Part shown: positions 40,650 through 49,940 of the stretch, in pieces
How positions within the stretch are numbered: the first letter of the stretch is position 1
Layout of the letters: each line of letters opens with the position of its first letter
Source of the DNA: Bacillota bacterium
GTDB taxonomy: Bacteria; Patescibacteriota; Patescibacteriia; Patescibacteriales; UBA12465
DNA: 64,000 nt
Direction of reading: 5' to 3'
Assembly: GCA_050259635.1 (NCBI GenBank)
Contig: JBLNBA010000001.1
Location: 7,329-71,328, forward strand
The notes under the pieces: generated by a model
The model's input: the letters and a program-made list of their open reading frames with translations, nothing else
Databases searched by the model: none
Told to the model about the DNA's origin: nothing
Translations under genes and position numbers: made by a program

Positions 40650-41051
40650 ATGTTCAGTAAAGACAACAAAATCGAAAAATTAAAAGATGCGGAGACCATA
40701 ATCGGCGCCTCAATCCGCGTAAAAGGGAACTTTAATGGTAAGGGCGACATTGTTATCGAAGGATTCTTAGAGGGATCCTTAAAGACTGAGGCGAATGTTT
40801 ACATTGGAGAAAAAGCTCGCGTCAATGCCAATGTGGAAGCAACCGAGGCCTTAATCAGTGGAGAAATTAGCGGCAACATCAAGGCCCGTAAATATTTAGC
40901 AATCGGTAAGACCGCTAAAATTGCCGGCGATGTTCATTGTGGTGAAATTTCAATCGAGCGGGGCGCTTCCATCACCGGTCAAATTATTGTTTCCAGTGCC
41001 GACACCAGAAAAACCGAGGCTCGAAAAGCCAGCGACGAAGTCGAGGAGTAA
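40650..41051 (+). CDS. bactofilin-family polymer-forming cytoskeletal protein
   Basis: IIGASIRVKGNFNGKGDIVIEGFLEGSLKTEANVYIGEKARVNANVEA...ISGEISGNIKA is the bactofilin (DUF583) beta-helix repeat pattern. Confidence 0.8.
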   Translation: MFSKDNKIEKLKDAETIIGASIRVKGNFNGKGDIVIEGFLEGSLKTEANVYIGEKARVNANVEATEALISGEISGNIKARKYLAIGKTAKIAGDVHCGEISIERGASITGQIIVSSADTRKTEARKASDEVEE

Positions 41052-41066
41052 GACTTCATAAGCCCT

Positions 41067-41810
41067 ATGAATGCTTATATTTACGATGACTTCTTGAGCA
41101 AGGGCCGCCACCGCCGATCATTAACCCGCGTCGAAATCAGGCTAACGGATCTGGGCCTGAACGGCAAGATTATCCGGCTTGGATCTATTAAGAATGTTCG
41201 AGATGCCGTCCAGATGGAAATCAAGAACGGCACTAAGAACATTGTGGCGGTGGGGAACAACGAAACGGCTAACAAGGTGATCAGCGCAATGGTCAGTAAT
41301 AAAGCCTACGGCCTTTTTCAAAAGGATGTATTATTTTCTATCATCCCAATAGGTGACAATAACTCTATCGCCCACTCTTTTGGAATTAATAAAGAAGAAG
41401 AAGCCTGCAATATCTTATTGGCTCGCCGCATTAAACAGATAGACATTGGCGTAGCCGGCAACCATATTTTTATCAACAAGGCGGAACTCATTACAAACGA
41501 AGCTAAAATCAACGTCGATGGAGATTTTGAACTTGAAATTACCAAGAAGACCTCAGTTAAGGTAATAAACCTTAATGACGACCAAAACCTCTTCTTAAAG
41601 GACCGTATTGATCCTTATGATAACTGTTTAAACCTTGTCATCAGCGGTCGCGGCGATGATAACACCTTTATTTCAAGCAATAACATCAAGCTTTCGGGTA
41701 AAGGAGAATTAGTTCTGGACGATTCTGTTGCCCTGCCTTTACCGGCTGAAATCGGGATAATCCCCGAAAAGATTAATGTAATCGTCGGTAAAGATCGCGG
41801 ATTCGCATAA
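41067..41810 (+). CDS. diacylglycerol/lipid kinase-fold (DAGK_cat, YegS-like) protein with degenerate nucleotide motifs
   Basis: IVAVGNNETANKVISAM aligns to the ..GGDGT..ev.n.l motif. IIPIGDNNSIAHSFGI aligns to iiPlGTgNdfAr.lgi. GGDGT is replaced by GNNET. Confidence 0.5.
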   Translation: MNAYIYDDFLSKGRHRRSLTRVEIRLTDLGLNGKIIRLGSIKNVRDAVQMEIKNGTKNIVAVGNNETANKVISAMVSNKAYGLFQKDVLFSIIPIGDNNSIAHSFGINKEEEACNILLARRIKQIDIGVAGNHIFINKAELITNEAKINVDGDFELEITKKTSVKVINLNDDQNLFLKDRIDPYDNCLNLVISGRGDDNTFISSNNIKLSGKGELVLDDSVALPLPAEIGIIPEKINVIVGKDRGFA

Positions 41811-41812
41811 AT

Positions 41813-41834
41813 AAAACCGGCTTAAGCCGGTTTT
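41813..41834. terminator. bidirectional intrinsic terminator
   Basis: aaaaccggc-ttaa-gccggtttt perfect hairpin between convergent genes. Confidence 0.7.
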
Positions 41835-41854
41835 ATATAACCTTCTTTCTTTAT

Positions 41855-42598
41855 TTAGTTAATAATCTGGCCTTCTATAGGCCCTTTTTTATTACTGCTT
41901 CTAGTAACCCGTTGCTGCAGAATGGTTACAAGAGTAATAACCAACCAATATAGGGTCAGGCCTCCGGGTAAAGTAATACCGATAAATATGGTAATAGCCG
42001 GCATAAAATATAACATTTGCTTATTCATGATCGCTGCCATATTTTCATCCTTCGCCCCTTCGCCTGCAATCTTGGTGTCCACCCGCTTCGCCATCATCAT
42101 TTTCGCCTGCCAAAATTGAGCTGCTCCTGCCAATATTGCTAAAGCTATATTTGGCTTAGACAGATCGAGAAACCCCAAAAAAACCGGATTGATCGTTTCA
42201 GGACGAGGCACGAAGGAATAAACTAAATCCAGATGATTCTGTAGGCCGTCACGAAACACTCTATATACCGCTATAAAAAAAGGTAGTTGGAGTAGTAAGG
42301 GCAGGCAGGAAGAGAATGGATTGACCTTATTCTGCTTATAAAGGTCCATTAATTCCCGTCCCATCTCTTGCTGATTATCCTTGTATTTGACCTTGAGCTC
42401 ATCGATTTTCGGCTGCAAAAGCTGTAAGGCCTTCTGTGAGCGAATAGATTTCCGTGACAGAGGCCAGAGAATCAGCTTAATAATTACTGTTAAGAGAATA
42501 ATGGCCAAACCAAGGTCATGTAAAGTTACGGAATTGTATAAGAATACCAACAGATTCAAGATCGGTTGATAAAAAACTACTTGAAATAGATGGATCAT
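41855..42598 (-). CDS. yidC: membrane protein insertase YidC (short, Oxa1-like form)
   Basis: LWPLSRKSIRSQKALQLLQPKIDELKVKYKDNQQEM..ELMDLYKQNKVNPFSSCLPLLLQLPFF is the conserved YidC core. Lies in rnpA-yidD-yidC synteny. Confidence 0.85.
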   Translation of the reverse strand: MIHLFQVVFYQPILNLLVFLYNSVTLHDLGLAIILLTVIIKLILWPLSRKSIRSQKALQLLQPKIDELKVKYKDNQQEMGRELMDLYKQNKVNPFSSCLPLLLQLPFFIAVYRVFRDGLQNHLDLVYSFVPRPETINPVFLGFLDLSKPNIALAILAGAAQFWQAKMMMAKRVDTKIAGEGAKDENMAAIMNKQMLYFMPAITIFIGITLPGGLTLYWLVITLVTILQQRVTRSSNKKGPIEGQIIN

Positions 42599-42602
42599 AA
42601 AT

Positions 42603-42857
42603 TTATTTTACAGGATCGTAACCTCCTGGATTGAATGGGTTACAGCGCAAAACGCGCCACATTGTCATTAATAGACCTTTTATCGGACCATATTTGCTTA
42701 TCGCCTGCACGCCGTACTCGGAACATGTCGGCGTAAACCGGCAATGTCCATAGGGATACAAAAAACGGAAAGGTCCATGGTCAAAGGACAAGGTTTTCTG
42801 ATATAACCGAATTAAAGCAACCAAGAAAGCCCCGATCGCACGGGACATCAGAGACAT
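42603..42857 (-). CDS. yidD: membrane protein insertion efficiency factor YidD
   Basis: [45 protein letters not shown]. Confidence 0.9.
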   Translation of the reverse strand: MSLMSRAIGAFLVALIRLYQKTLSFDHGPFRFLYPYGHCRFTPTCSEYGVQAISKYGPIKGLLMTMWRVLRCNPFNPGGYDPVK

Positions 42858-42863
42858 AATATA

Positions 42864-43199
42864 TTATTTATAAAGACGGTTCAGCATTGCCAACAATTCA
42901 TCTTCTGTTTCCTGAAAAGACGCTTCTTTAAGCGTGGGCAGAGCAATTATAACACAATCGGCTGGAAATGGTAATTTGGTATAATTTTTCTCAATTATCC
43001 CATATATCCGTCTTTTTAGGCGGTGTCTCCCGACTGCACTCTTATCAACTTTCAACCCCAAAATAACGCCAAATCGGCTATAATCCAAGTCATTTTTCTT
43101 TAATCTTAAGCCTAAAAACCGCCCGTATTGGCTACGGCCGGCTTTGAAGGTCTTATCGAAATCGCGGTTTAAATGGAGTTTATGTTTCTTACTTAACAT
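42864..43199 (-). CDS. rnpA: ribonuclease P protein component
   Basis: FGVILGLKVDKSAVGRHRLKRRI (RNR-like motif), positioned between rpmH and yidD. Confidence 0.85.
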   Translation of the reverse strand: MLSKKHKLHLNRDFDKTFKAGRSQYGRFLGLRLKKNDLDYSRFGVILGLKVDKSAVGRHRLKRRIYGIIEKNYTKLPFPADCVIIALPTLKEASFQETEDELLAMLNRLYK

Positions 43200-43211
43200 G
43201 GCAAAAAGCCA

Positions 43212-43349
43212 TTATTTAGATAAAACTTCACGTCCTTTATCACGGCGACGCTTCAAAACATCCCTTCCATCCTTTGTGCTCATCCGCTTTAAGAAACCAT
43301 GTTTCTTGGAAGCGCGCTTCTTATTAGGCTGATACGTTCTTTTTGGCAT
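43212..43349 (-). CDS. rpmH: 50S ribosomal protein L34
   Basis: Below the ORF-track cut-off. Hand translation [45 protein letters not shown] (45 aa) matches the L34 consensus. Confidence 0.85.
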   Translation of the reverse strand: MPKRTYQPNKKRASKKHGFLKRMSTKDGRDVLKRRRDKGREVLSK

Positions 43350-43512
43350 AAGTTATGTGATTTCTGAATGATTATTTCAAACATAACACTATAAATACAA
43401 AAGGTCAATAATCAACCGAAAATAGGTTATGCACTTATTATAAACACCTTTTAAACATTGATTCTCCTTGTGACCGCGAGATATATACATTATAATATAT
43501 AGGAATCTACTC

Positions 43513-44916
43513 GTGCTTATGAACAACGACCAAATCTGGCAAGCGGCCCTTGGAGAATTAGAAATAAATCTCTCAAGGGTTAATTTCGTTACCTGGTTCA
43601 AGGACACTTATCTGTCCTCTTTTGAAAATGGCCGAGCGATTATTTGCGTACCCAATGCTTTTGTTAAGAAGTGGCTTGAAGAAAAATACCATAAGAACAT
43701 TGTTTCTTCGCTTGAAAATATTTCGAAGCAAAAACTACAGGAAATAATTTACAAAATTGAACTTCGCCACGCCGGCCCGCATGAACTCGCTCCTTCGGTC
43801 ATGAGCATTAAACAGCCAGAAACAGTAATTACAGACGCTAGACAAGAAGCCTCCCGTTCATCTTCGTCCGGACAGCCGGCTAATCGCTTTGGTCTTAATC
43901 CGAAATATGTTTTCGAAAATTTCATAGTAGGCCGAGGCAACGAACTTGCTCACGCTGCTTGCCGTGCGGTTGTAAATAATCTTGGGAAAGCCTATAATCC
44001 TCTTTTCATCTATGGCGGCGTTGGTTTAGGAAAAACGCATTTACTTCAAGCTATCGGTAATGAAGTCGCGAAACACACTGATAAAATTCTTTATGTTACC
44101 AGTGAAAAATTTACCAATAACTACATCCAGGCCGTACAAACAGGAAAGGCTAAAGACTTTAAAAATATCTATCGCAACGTCGACCTCTTATTAGTAGACG
44201 ATGTCCAGTTTATGGGCGGGAAAGACGGGACTCAAGAAGAATTCTTCCACACTTTCAACGAACTACAGCAGGGCGATAAGCAAATCGTAATGACCTCCGA
44301 TCGTCCGCCGAAGTCTATCCCTGCCATAGAAAAACGTCTTATCTCCCGCTTCGAATCAGGCATGGTGGCCGATGTGGGTAAGCCCGATATGGAAACTAAG
44401 ATCGCGATTCTCGAGAAGAAGTCCTTAGAGAAAGGCTTTCCTTTAGATAAGGATGTTCTAATATACATCGCAAATAATGTACAGAATAACATCAGAGAAC
44501 TTGAAGGGGCTCTTAATAAGGTAATCGTAATCCACCAGCTAAACAACTCCGTCCCGACATTAAAAAGTGTTAGGAACGCCTTAAGCGACTATGTTTCAAG
44601 CCTCCAGGCTAAGTCGCTTACTGCCAAAGAAATCATCGAGGCTGTCTCTCGATTTTACGAAATCAGCCACAAAGATATAGTCGGTACCAGCCGACGGAAA
44701 GAGCTTGTGGGTCCAAGACAGATTGCCATTTATCTTATTAGGGAAGAATTAAATTCATCTTATCCTAGCATCGGCCAGGAAATTGGAGGGCGCGATCACA
44801 CGACTGCTATGCATGCTTATAATAAGATCTTGGGTGAATTGAAAGAAAATGATAATGAACGTTTAAAGCAAGAGATAGAATCAATCAAACAGTTATACGC
44901 CAACCCACTCTATTGA
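43513..44916 (+). CDS. dnaA: chromosomal replication initiator protein DnaA
   Basis: WQAALGELE..., Walker A GGVGLGKTHLLQAIGN, LLVDDVQF, sensor regions, and C-terminal DNA-binding SYPSIGQEIGGRDHTTAMHAYNKI. Start is GTG 43513 or ATG 43519. Confidence 0.92.
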   Translation: MLMNNDQIWQAALGELEINLSRVNFVTWFKDTYLSSFENGRAIICVPNAFVKKWLEEKYHKNIVSSLENISKQKLQEIIYKIELRHAGPHELAPSVMSIKQPETVITDARQEASRSSSSGQPANRFGLNPKYVFENFIVGRGNELAHAACRAVVNNLGKAYNPLFIYGGVGLGKTHLLQAIGNEVAKHTDKILYVTSEKFTNNYIQAVQTGKAKDFKNIYRNVDLLLVDDVQFMGGKDGTQEEFFHTFNELQQGDKQIVMTSDRPPKSIPAIEKRLISRFESGMVADVGKPDMETKIAILEKKSLEKGFPLDKDVLIYIANNVQNNIRELEGALNKVIVIHQLNNSVPTLKSVRNALSDYVSSLQAKSLTAKEIIEAVSRFYEISHKDIVGTSRRKELVGPRQIAIYLIREELNSSYPSIGQEIGGRDHTTAMHAYNKILGELKENDNERLKQEIESIKQLYANPLY

Positions 44917-45185
44917 TGTGTATATCCTGTGGTAAAACCCATTCCCTCCTGTTAATCACCTTGTGGGTAAGCGCGTGCCAATCAGTTGATAAACCAAAGA
45001 TCCTCAAAGAGGTGGATAATAATCCACTTCCAATTCCCGGTAAAGCACCGTTAATCAATAAGGGTAATCACAGCTATTTTTATTTAATATCAGATAAACA
45101 TTTAATGATTTTGAACTTGTCCACTCCGCTTATTATTATTGTTTATTAAATATTATAAATATATATATATTAATACTAATAATAT
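44917..45185. other. candidate oriC: DnaA-box-like sites plus an AT-rich unwinding element in the dnaA-dnaN spacer
   Basis: TGTGGGTAA (44962-44970) and GGTGGATAA (45011-45019) abut TAATCCACT (45020-45028) as an inverted pair. Also TGTGGTAAA (44928-44936) and TTGTCCACT (45117-45125). Positions 45131-45185 are almost pure A/T. Confidence 0.6.
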
Positions 45186-46307
45186 ATGAAGTTCATTTGT
45201 CTCCAAGAAAATCTGAAAAAGGGATTAGCGGTCGTAAGTCATATCAACAACAAGAATATTAATTTGCCCATCTTAAATAACATTTTGATACGAGCAAATG
45301 AAAGCGGCTTAGAACTTGTAAGCACGAATCTTGAAATTGGTATCACTCATCAGCTTAGGGCAAAAGTGGAAGAGACGGGCGAGACCACTGTAGATGCAAA
45401 AATTATAAGTGATTATGTGAATCTTCTGCCCAGTGAAAAGGTGGAGTTAAAGGAAGATAAGGATGACATCGGATTGAAGTGTGGTAATTACAAAACCAAG
45501 ATCAAAGGAGAGTCCGCCAAGGAGTTTCCTTTAATTCCTCAAATCGATAAGAACCGGTTTGCTGAATTCAATGTTTTTGATTTTAAAAAGGCTTTGGCGG
45601 GAGTTGCGTTCGCGGTAGCAAATAATGATAACAGACTTGAGCTTTCCGGGGTCCTCTTTGAATTCAATGAGGAGAACCTGACTTTGGTAGCTACGGATAG
45701 CTATCGCCTCTCTGAGAAGAAGATAGGGGTCAAGGGAGGCAATATAAATGAAGGTCGGGTTATTGTTCCGGCTCGTACTGTGCAAGAGGTTCTTCGAATC
45801 ATTTCCGGTCTTAGTGCGGATGCCCAAACAATCGAATCCGATAAGCTCAAGGTTTACCTGGCTGATAACCAGATAATGTTTGCCTTTGACACCGTTGAGC
45901 TGATCTCCCGGTTAATTAGCGGTCAGTATCCAGATTATAAGCAGATTATTCCCGATAAGTATAAAACCGAAGTGGTTATCAAGAGGCAGGACTTTATCCG
46001 GGCGCTTAAAGCATCATCGATCTTTTCCCGGGTTGGAGTCTTTGATATTTCACTGGTTTTTAAGAAGGGTTTGATAAATGTCTTTTCTTCTTCCAGTCAA
46101 AACGGAGAAAGCTCCATTGATCTAAGCGGGGACCTAACAGGAGATGATAATGACATCACTATAAATTATCGTTATCTGCTTGATGGTTTGAATATTATCG
46201 AGAGCGATACGGTTAATATTAAGGTTATAAATAATAATACGCCTTGTGCTTTGTGTGCTGAGGGTGATGATGAATATCTTTATATCGTGATGCCAATTAG
46301 GAATTAA
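45186..46307 (+). CDS. dnaN: DNA polymerase III beta subunit (sliding clamp)
   Basis: MKFICLQENLKKGLAVVSHI..., LPILNNILI, ATDSYRLSEK and a C-terminal LYIVMPIR-type ending. 373 aa, directly after dnaA. Confidence 0.92.
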   Translation: MKFICLQENLKKGLAVVSHINNKNINLPILNNILIRANESGLELVSTNLEIGITHQLRAKVEETGETTVDAKIISDYVNLLPSEKVELKEDKDDIGLKCGNYKTKIKGESAKEFPLIPQIDKNRFAEFNVFDFKKALAGVAFAVANNDNRLELSGVLFEFNEENLTLVATDSYRLSEKKIGVKGGNINEGRVIVPARTVQEVLRIISGLSADAQTIESDKLKVYLADNQIMFAFDTVELISRLISGQYPDYKQIIPDKYKTEVVIKRQDFIRALKASSIFSRVGVFDISLVFKKGLINVFSSSSQNGESSIDLSGDLTGDDNDITINYRYLLDGLNIIESDTVNIKVINNNTPCALCAEGDDEYLYIVMPIRN

Positions 46308-46326
46308 TATCTTAAAAAGCAATATA

Positions 46327-46353
46327 AAAGAGCCGCATTGGGCGGCTCTTTTT
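46327..46353. terminator. bidirectional intrinsic terminator
   Basis: aaagagccgc-attgg-gcggctcttt hairpin between convergent dnaN and the PBP gene. Confidence 0.7.
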
Positions 46354-46365
46354 GATTTCTCTTTT

Positions 46366-48882
46366 TTAGCGGGTTAGATTTATATTTATGGAGGCGGTTT
46401 CGCAATTTCCAACATCATCACAAGCGGTGGCGGTTATTTTTTGGTAGCCATTATCGATACCGTCTAAAGCGATGGTTATTTCGGCTTCTGGACCGCTTGC
46501 CAAGGCGGTATCATTAAGCCAATACTTAATCGTCTTAATCCCTCTGGGCGCGGAAGCTTCAACTTTTACTAAGAGAGTATTATTGGTCACGATTTCATTA
46601 TTTCCTGGTGCAAGGAAAGATATTGTTGGCTTGTTTTCCGGCTTGATGAGATCAGCCTGTTCGATGAGTTGTTGGTTAGAACCCTGTTTGTTTTTGTCTG
46701 CCCAGTTTTTGACGGCCGCTTCCCAGCCTGCATACTGAGGATCGGCAGCGGCGTCAGTCGGGGTCGCACCTAGAGGATCCTCGCGGTTTACATAATAAAG
46801 AATGGAGTGATGGTTAAAGGCCTCGACTTCCTGCTTTAATTCCTCTGGTGTGTCCTGGGTTGCTGGTAAGCCGGTAGAAATATCCACAATAATCTTCTTT
46901 GAAGTGGCTATGTCTCCGTCAATTGCTGCAATGCCGGTTTTTTTACCATCCCAGGGCCTGAAGGCCTCAGACGGAGAATCGCCCAGTGCGCGCTTCATGA
47001 ATTCATTCCAGATCGGTGCGGCAATAACGCTGCCATCTGCACCGGCGCTCATTTTGGAATTATCAGTATTACCCACCCAGACGCCCGTGACCAAAGATGG
47101 TGTGTAGCCAATCGTCCAAGCATCTTTGTAGTCGTTGGTGGTTCCAGTCTTGGCAGCCACCGGTCTGTTTCCCAAAACTAGCCAGTTCTTAGCTCCGAAT
47201 ATAAATGTCCGAGCTGCATTGTCGCTCAATATGCTGTTAATCTTCTGGGCTGTCTCTACAGAGAGAGCGCGGTGTTCTTCCTGTTTGTATTCCTCTAAAA
47301 CATTTCCTTTACGGTCTTCTATTTTAAGAATATAAGCTAATTCATTTACTTTTCCTTCTCTAGCGAACGCACTATAGGCATTGGCGTGCTCTAACAACTT
47401 TACTTCTCCACCGCCAAGGACTAAGGAAAGGCCATAACGCTCACGTTCATTCAAGGTTTTGTAGCCCAGATTTTGGGCAAGGTCGATGACGTTATTGATT
47501 CCCGCGAGATAGATAGCTTTTACGGCCGGGATATTCAGGGAGCCGGCAAGCGCTTGGCGAATGCTTACAGGGCCATACTCTTTTAAATTATAGTTATGCG
47601 GGATATAAGGGTTGGCTGAATCGGTGGAGAAATTAGTAACGACGTCGTAAAGCTTGGTATTAGGGGTATAACCCAGTTCGAATAAAGCCGCATAGACGAT
47701 AGGCTTCATCGAGGAGCCAGGCTGGCGGGGCCTGTCCGCCACATTTACCTGGCCATCGATTTCATCATTAAAATAGTCGCGTGAACCTACTAATGCCAAC
47801 ACCTGTCCTGTTTTAGGATCAATTGATACCAGCGAGGCGTTGTTCGCATTATATTTTTCTTGGTAGTTTTCTGTCTTTTCAGCGATGACTTCTTCCGCCA
47901 TCTTTTGTTTTTCCCAGTCGATGGTGGTTATGATTTTTAAACCGCCCTGCTCAACTTCGCTCTCGCCGTATTTTTCAGAGACAATCTCTTTTACCATCAT
48001 GACGAAATGGGGCGCGGTGATGCTCGCCTCGGGTTGCTGGAAATTTATTTGGTAGCTCTTGGCGGCATCCCGCTCGGCTTCCGATATATATCCTTGTTCG
48101 GCCATTAGGTCCAAGACATAGTCTTTGCGTCCGATCAAAAGGTCCTTATTCGGTCCATAAGGGGAATAACGGCTTGGTGCCTGAGTAAGAGCCGCTAAGA
48201 GAGCAGATTCTGCCAGGTTGATGTCTTTAACGCTCTTCCCGAAATATTTTTGGCTTGCCGCTTCGACGCCATAGGCGTTTGAACCGTATGGTATTTCATT
48301 TAAGTACATCTGGAGCACCTCATCTTTAGAGAATTTTTTTTCTATCCTTTGCGCGAGTACCACCTCCTTTATCTTGCGAGTATATTTTTTTTCCGATGTC
48401 AGGATGGCATTCTTCACGAATTGTTGAGTGAGGGTTGAGCCGCCAGCCTTGCGATTATAAATAACATTCGTTACTAAGGTTCGGAACATTGCCCAAATAC
48501 TGAAGCCGCCATGGCGGTAAAAGTTTTTATCTTCAATGGCGATAGTGGCGTTTTTCACATTGTCCGGAATATCATCCAAACTCATGAGAGTCCTTTTCTC
48601 ATCGCCATGAATCTCATAAAGCACATGTTCTCCGCTACGGTCATAAATTTTCGTACTTTGGGCGATTTCCCTGTCGATCAATTGGTTTGGATCAGGAAGG
48701 TCGCGTGAAACCCAGGCCACCATAATGAAGGCAGCCAAGGCACCAAGAGAAAAAACTAGAACTGCGGCATATAGGAGTTTCTTCTTCCAGTCTTTTTTCT
48801 GGTTCTTTTGTTCTTTTTTTCCTCTGTTGCGCCAAAATTCTGCTTTCGGTGCAGCGACGGCATGAAGTCTGGGTATAGGCAT
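46366..48882 (-). CDS. class A penicillin-binding protein (PBP1A: glycosyltransferase GT51 + transpeptidase) with a C-terminal Ig-like domain
   Basis: GT51 motifs AIEDKNFYRHGG and GGSTLTQQ. Transpeptidase motifs SSMKP, SLN and KTGTT. N-terminal TM anchor. 838 aa. Confidence 0.88.
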   Translation of the reverse strand: MPIPRLHAVAAPKAEFWRNRGKKEQKNQKKDWKKKLLYAAVLVFSLGALAAFIMVAWVSRDLPDPNQLIDREIAQSTKIYDRSGEHVLYEIHGDEKRTLMSLDDIPDNVKNATIAIEDKNFYRHGGFSIWAMFRTLVTNVIYNRKAGGSTLTQQFVKNAILTSEKKYTRKIKEVVLAQRIEKKFSKDEVLQMYLNEIPYGSNAYGVEAASQKYFGKSVKDINLAESALLAALTQAPSRYSPYGPNKDLLIGRKDYVLDLMAEQGYISEAERDAAKSYQINFQQPEASITAPHFVMMVKEIVSEKYGESEVEQGGLKIITTIDWEKQKMAEEVIAEKTENYQEKYNANNASLVSIDPKTGQVLALVGSRDYFNDEIDGQVNVADRPRQPGSSMKPIVYAALFELGYTPNTKLYDVVTNFSTDSANPYIPHNYNLKEYGPVSIRQALAGSLNIPAVKAIYLAGINNVIDLAQNLGYKTLNERERYGLSLVLGGGEVKLLEHANAYSAFAREGKVNELAYILKIEDRKGNVLEEYKQEEHRALSVETAQKINSILSDNAARTFIFGAKNWLVLGNRPVAAKTGTTNDYKDAWTIGYTPSLVTGVWVGNTDNSKMSAGADGSVIAAPIWNEFMKRALGDSPSEAFRPWDGKKTGIAAIDGDIATSKKIIVDISTGLPATQDTPEELKQEVEAFNHHSILYYVNREDPLGATPTDAAADPQYAGWEAAVKNWADKNKQGSNQQLIEQADLIKPENKPTISFLAPGNNEIVTNNTLLVKVEASAPRGIKTIKYWLNDTALASGPEAEITIALDGIDNGYQKITATACDDVGNCETASININLTR

Positions 48883-49006
48883 AGTATAAAATTATGTTAG
48901 ATTATCCCCATTATATCAGAGATTATGTATATTGAAAAAACGGAAGTGAATTTGATTGGCAACAACGTATTGAAAAATCGGAAGAATAAAGATAATCTTG
49001 TTGTAT

Positions 49007-49777
49007 ATGATTACCAGCTTGCAAAACGAGTTAATTAAGGACATTGTACGCTTAAGAAAGGCTAGGGTTAGGAAAAAGGAAGACCTGGCTATTGTAGACG
49101 GCTTAAGGGAAATAAAGGTCGCTTTTGATTACGGCTACGAATTTGCTGAGATTCTTTACTGTCCTGAGATTAGCGAAGAAAAATGGCATTCTACCCCTAT
49201 TCCCGTTACCGAGGTTTCATTGCCGGTATTCCAAAAAATAGCTTATGCCGAAAACCCTAATGGCTGGTTAGCCCTAATTAGACCTAAGCGTCATTCTTTG
49301 GACGAACTGGCTATTGGGAAAAATCCCTTGATCTTGGTATTAGAGGCAGTTGAAAAACCGGGGAACCTTGGCGCGATGCTCAGAACAGCCTATGCAGCAG
49401 GCATTGATGCGGTTATCCTTAATAATCTGCAGACAGATTTATATAATCCTAATGTAATCAAGGCAAGTTCTGGCCATGTCTTTAGCGATCAAGTAGTAGT
49501 CGCGAAGGCTGAGGATACCTACAATTGGCTTGTAAAGCGGGGGGTGAAGATCTATGCAACAAATCTGAAAGCTGCGGTACCTTATACTAAAGTCGACTGG
49601 AAAGAAGCTGCTGCCATCATCATGGGGACGGAAGCGACCGGCCTCAGTGAGTACTGGATAGGTAAGGCGGACCAAAATATAATCATACCGATGAAACCCG
49701 GTATCGATTCTTTAAATGTTTCTGTTTCGGCCGCGGTGGTCATCTTCGAGGCAAAAAGACAAAGAGATAAAAGCTAA
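49007..49777 (+). CDS. TrmH/SpoU-family RNA 2'-O-methyltransferase
   Basis: LEAVEKPGNLGAMLRTAYAAGIDAVIL, IIMGTEATGLS and IPMKPGIDSLNVSVSAAVVIFE are SPOUT motifs. ATG 49007 is preferred to TTG 48998. Confidence 0.8.
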   Translation: MITSLQNELIKDIVRLRKARVRKKEDLAIVDGLREIKVAFDYGYEFAEILYCPEISEEKWHSTPIPVTEVSLPVFQKIAYAENPNGWLALIRPKRHSLDELAIGKNPLILVLEAVEKPGNLGAMLRTAYAAGIDAVILNNLQTDLYNPNVIKASSGHVFSDQVVVAKAEDTYNWLVKRGVKIYATNLKAAVPYTKVDWKEAAAIIMGTEATGLSEYWIGKADQNIIIPMKPGIDSLNVSVSAAVVIFEAKRQRDKS

Positions 49778-49839
49778 TATTAGATATATATATAAATTGA
49801 CAGGGATAAATTAATCTTGTATTATCAAAAAAGGTTAAG

Positions 49840-49911
49840 GCGCCCATAGTTCAATGGATAGAACACCAGCCTTCTAAGCTGGTTATGTAGGTCCGATTCC
49901 TACTGGGCGTA
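49840..49911 (+). tRNA. tRNA-Arg (anticodon TCT) with atypical T-loop TCCGATT
   Basis: GCGCCCATAGTTCAATGGATAGAACACCAGCCTTCTAAGCTGGTTATGTAGGTCCGATTCCTACTGGGCGTA. Anticodon loop CTTCTAA. Confidence 0.85.
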
Positions 49912-49940
49912 CTTATTTATTAATCATTAATGATCCAAAT

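Noticed and set aside
40568-40750. 60-aa minus-strand ORF overlapping the bactofilin start
   Set aside because: It overlaps the bactofilin RBS and start and the upstream AT-rich promoter region. No homology was recognised.
44913-45149. 78-aa ORF in the dnaA-dnaN spacer
   Set aside because: It overlaps the dnaA stop, runs through the DnaA-box-like sites into the AT-rich element, and has no motif or RBS. The region is better explained as oriC.
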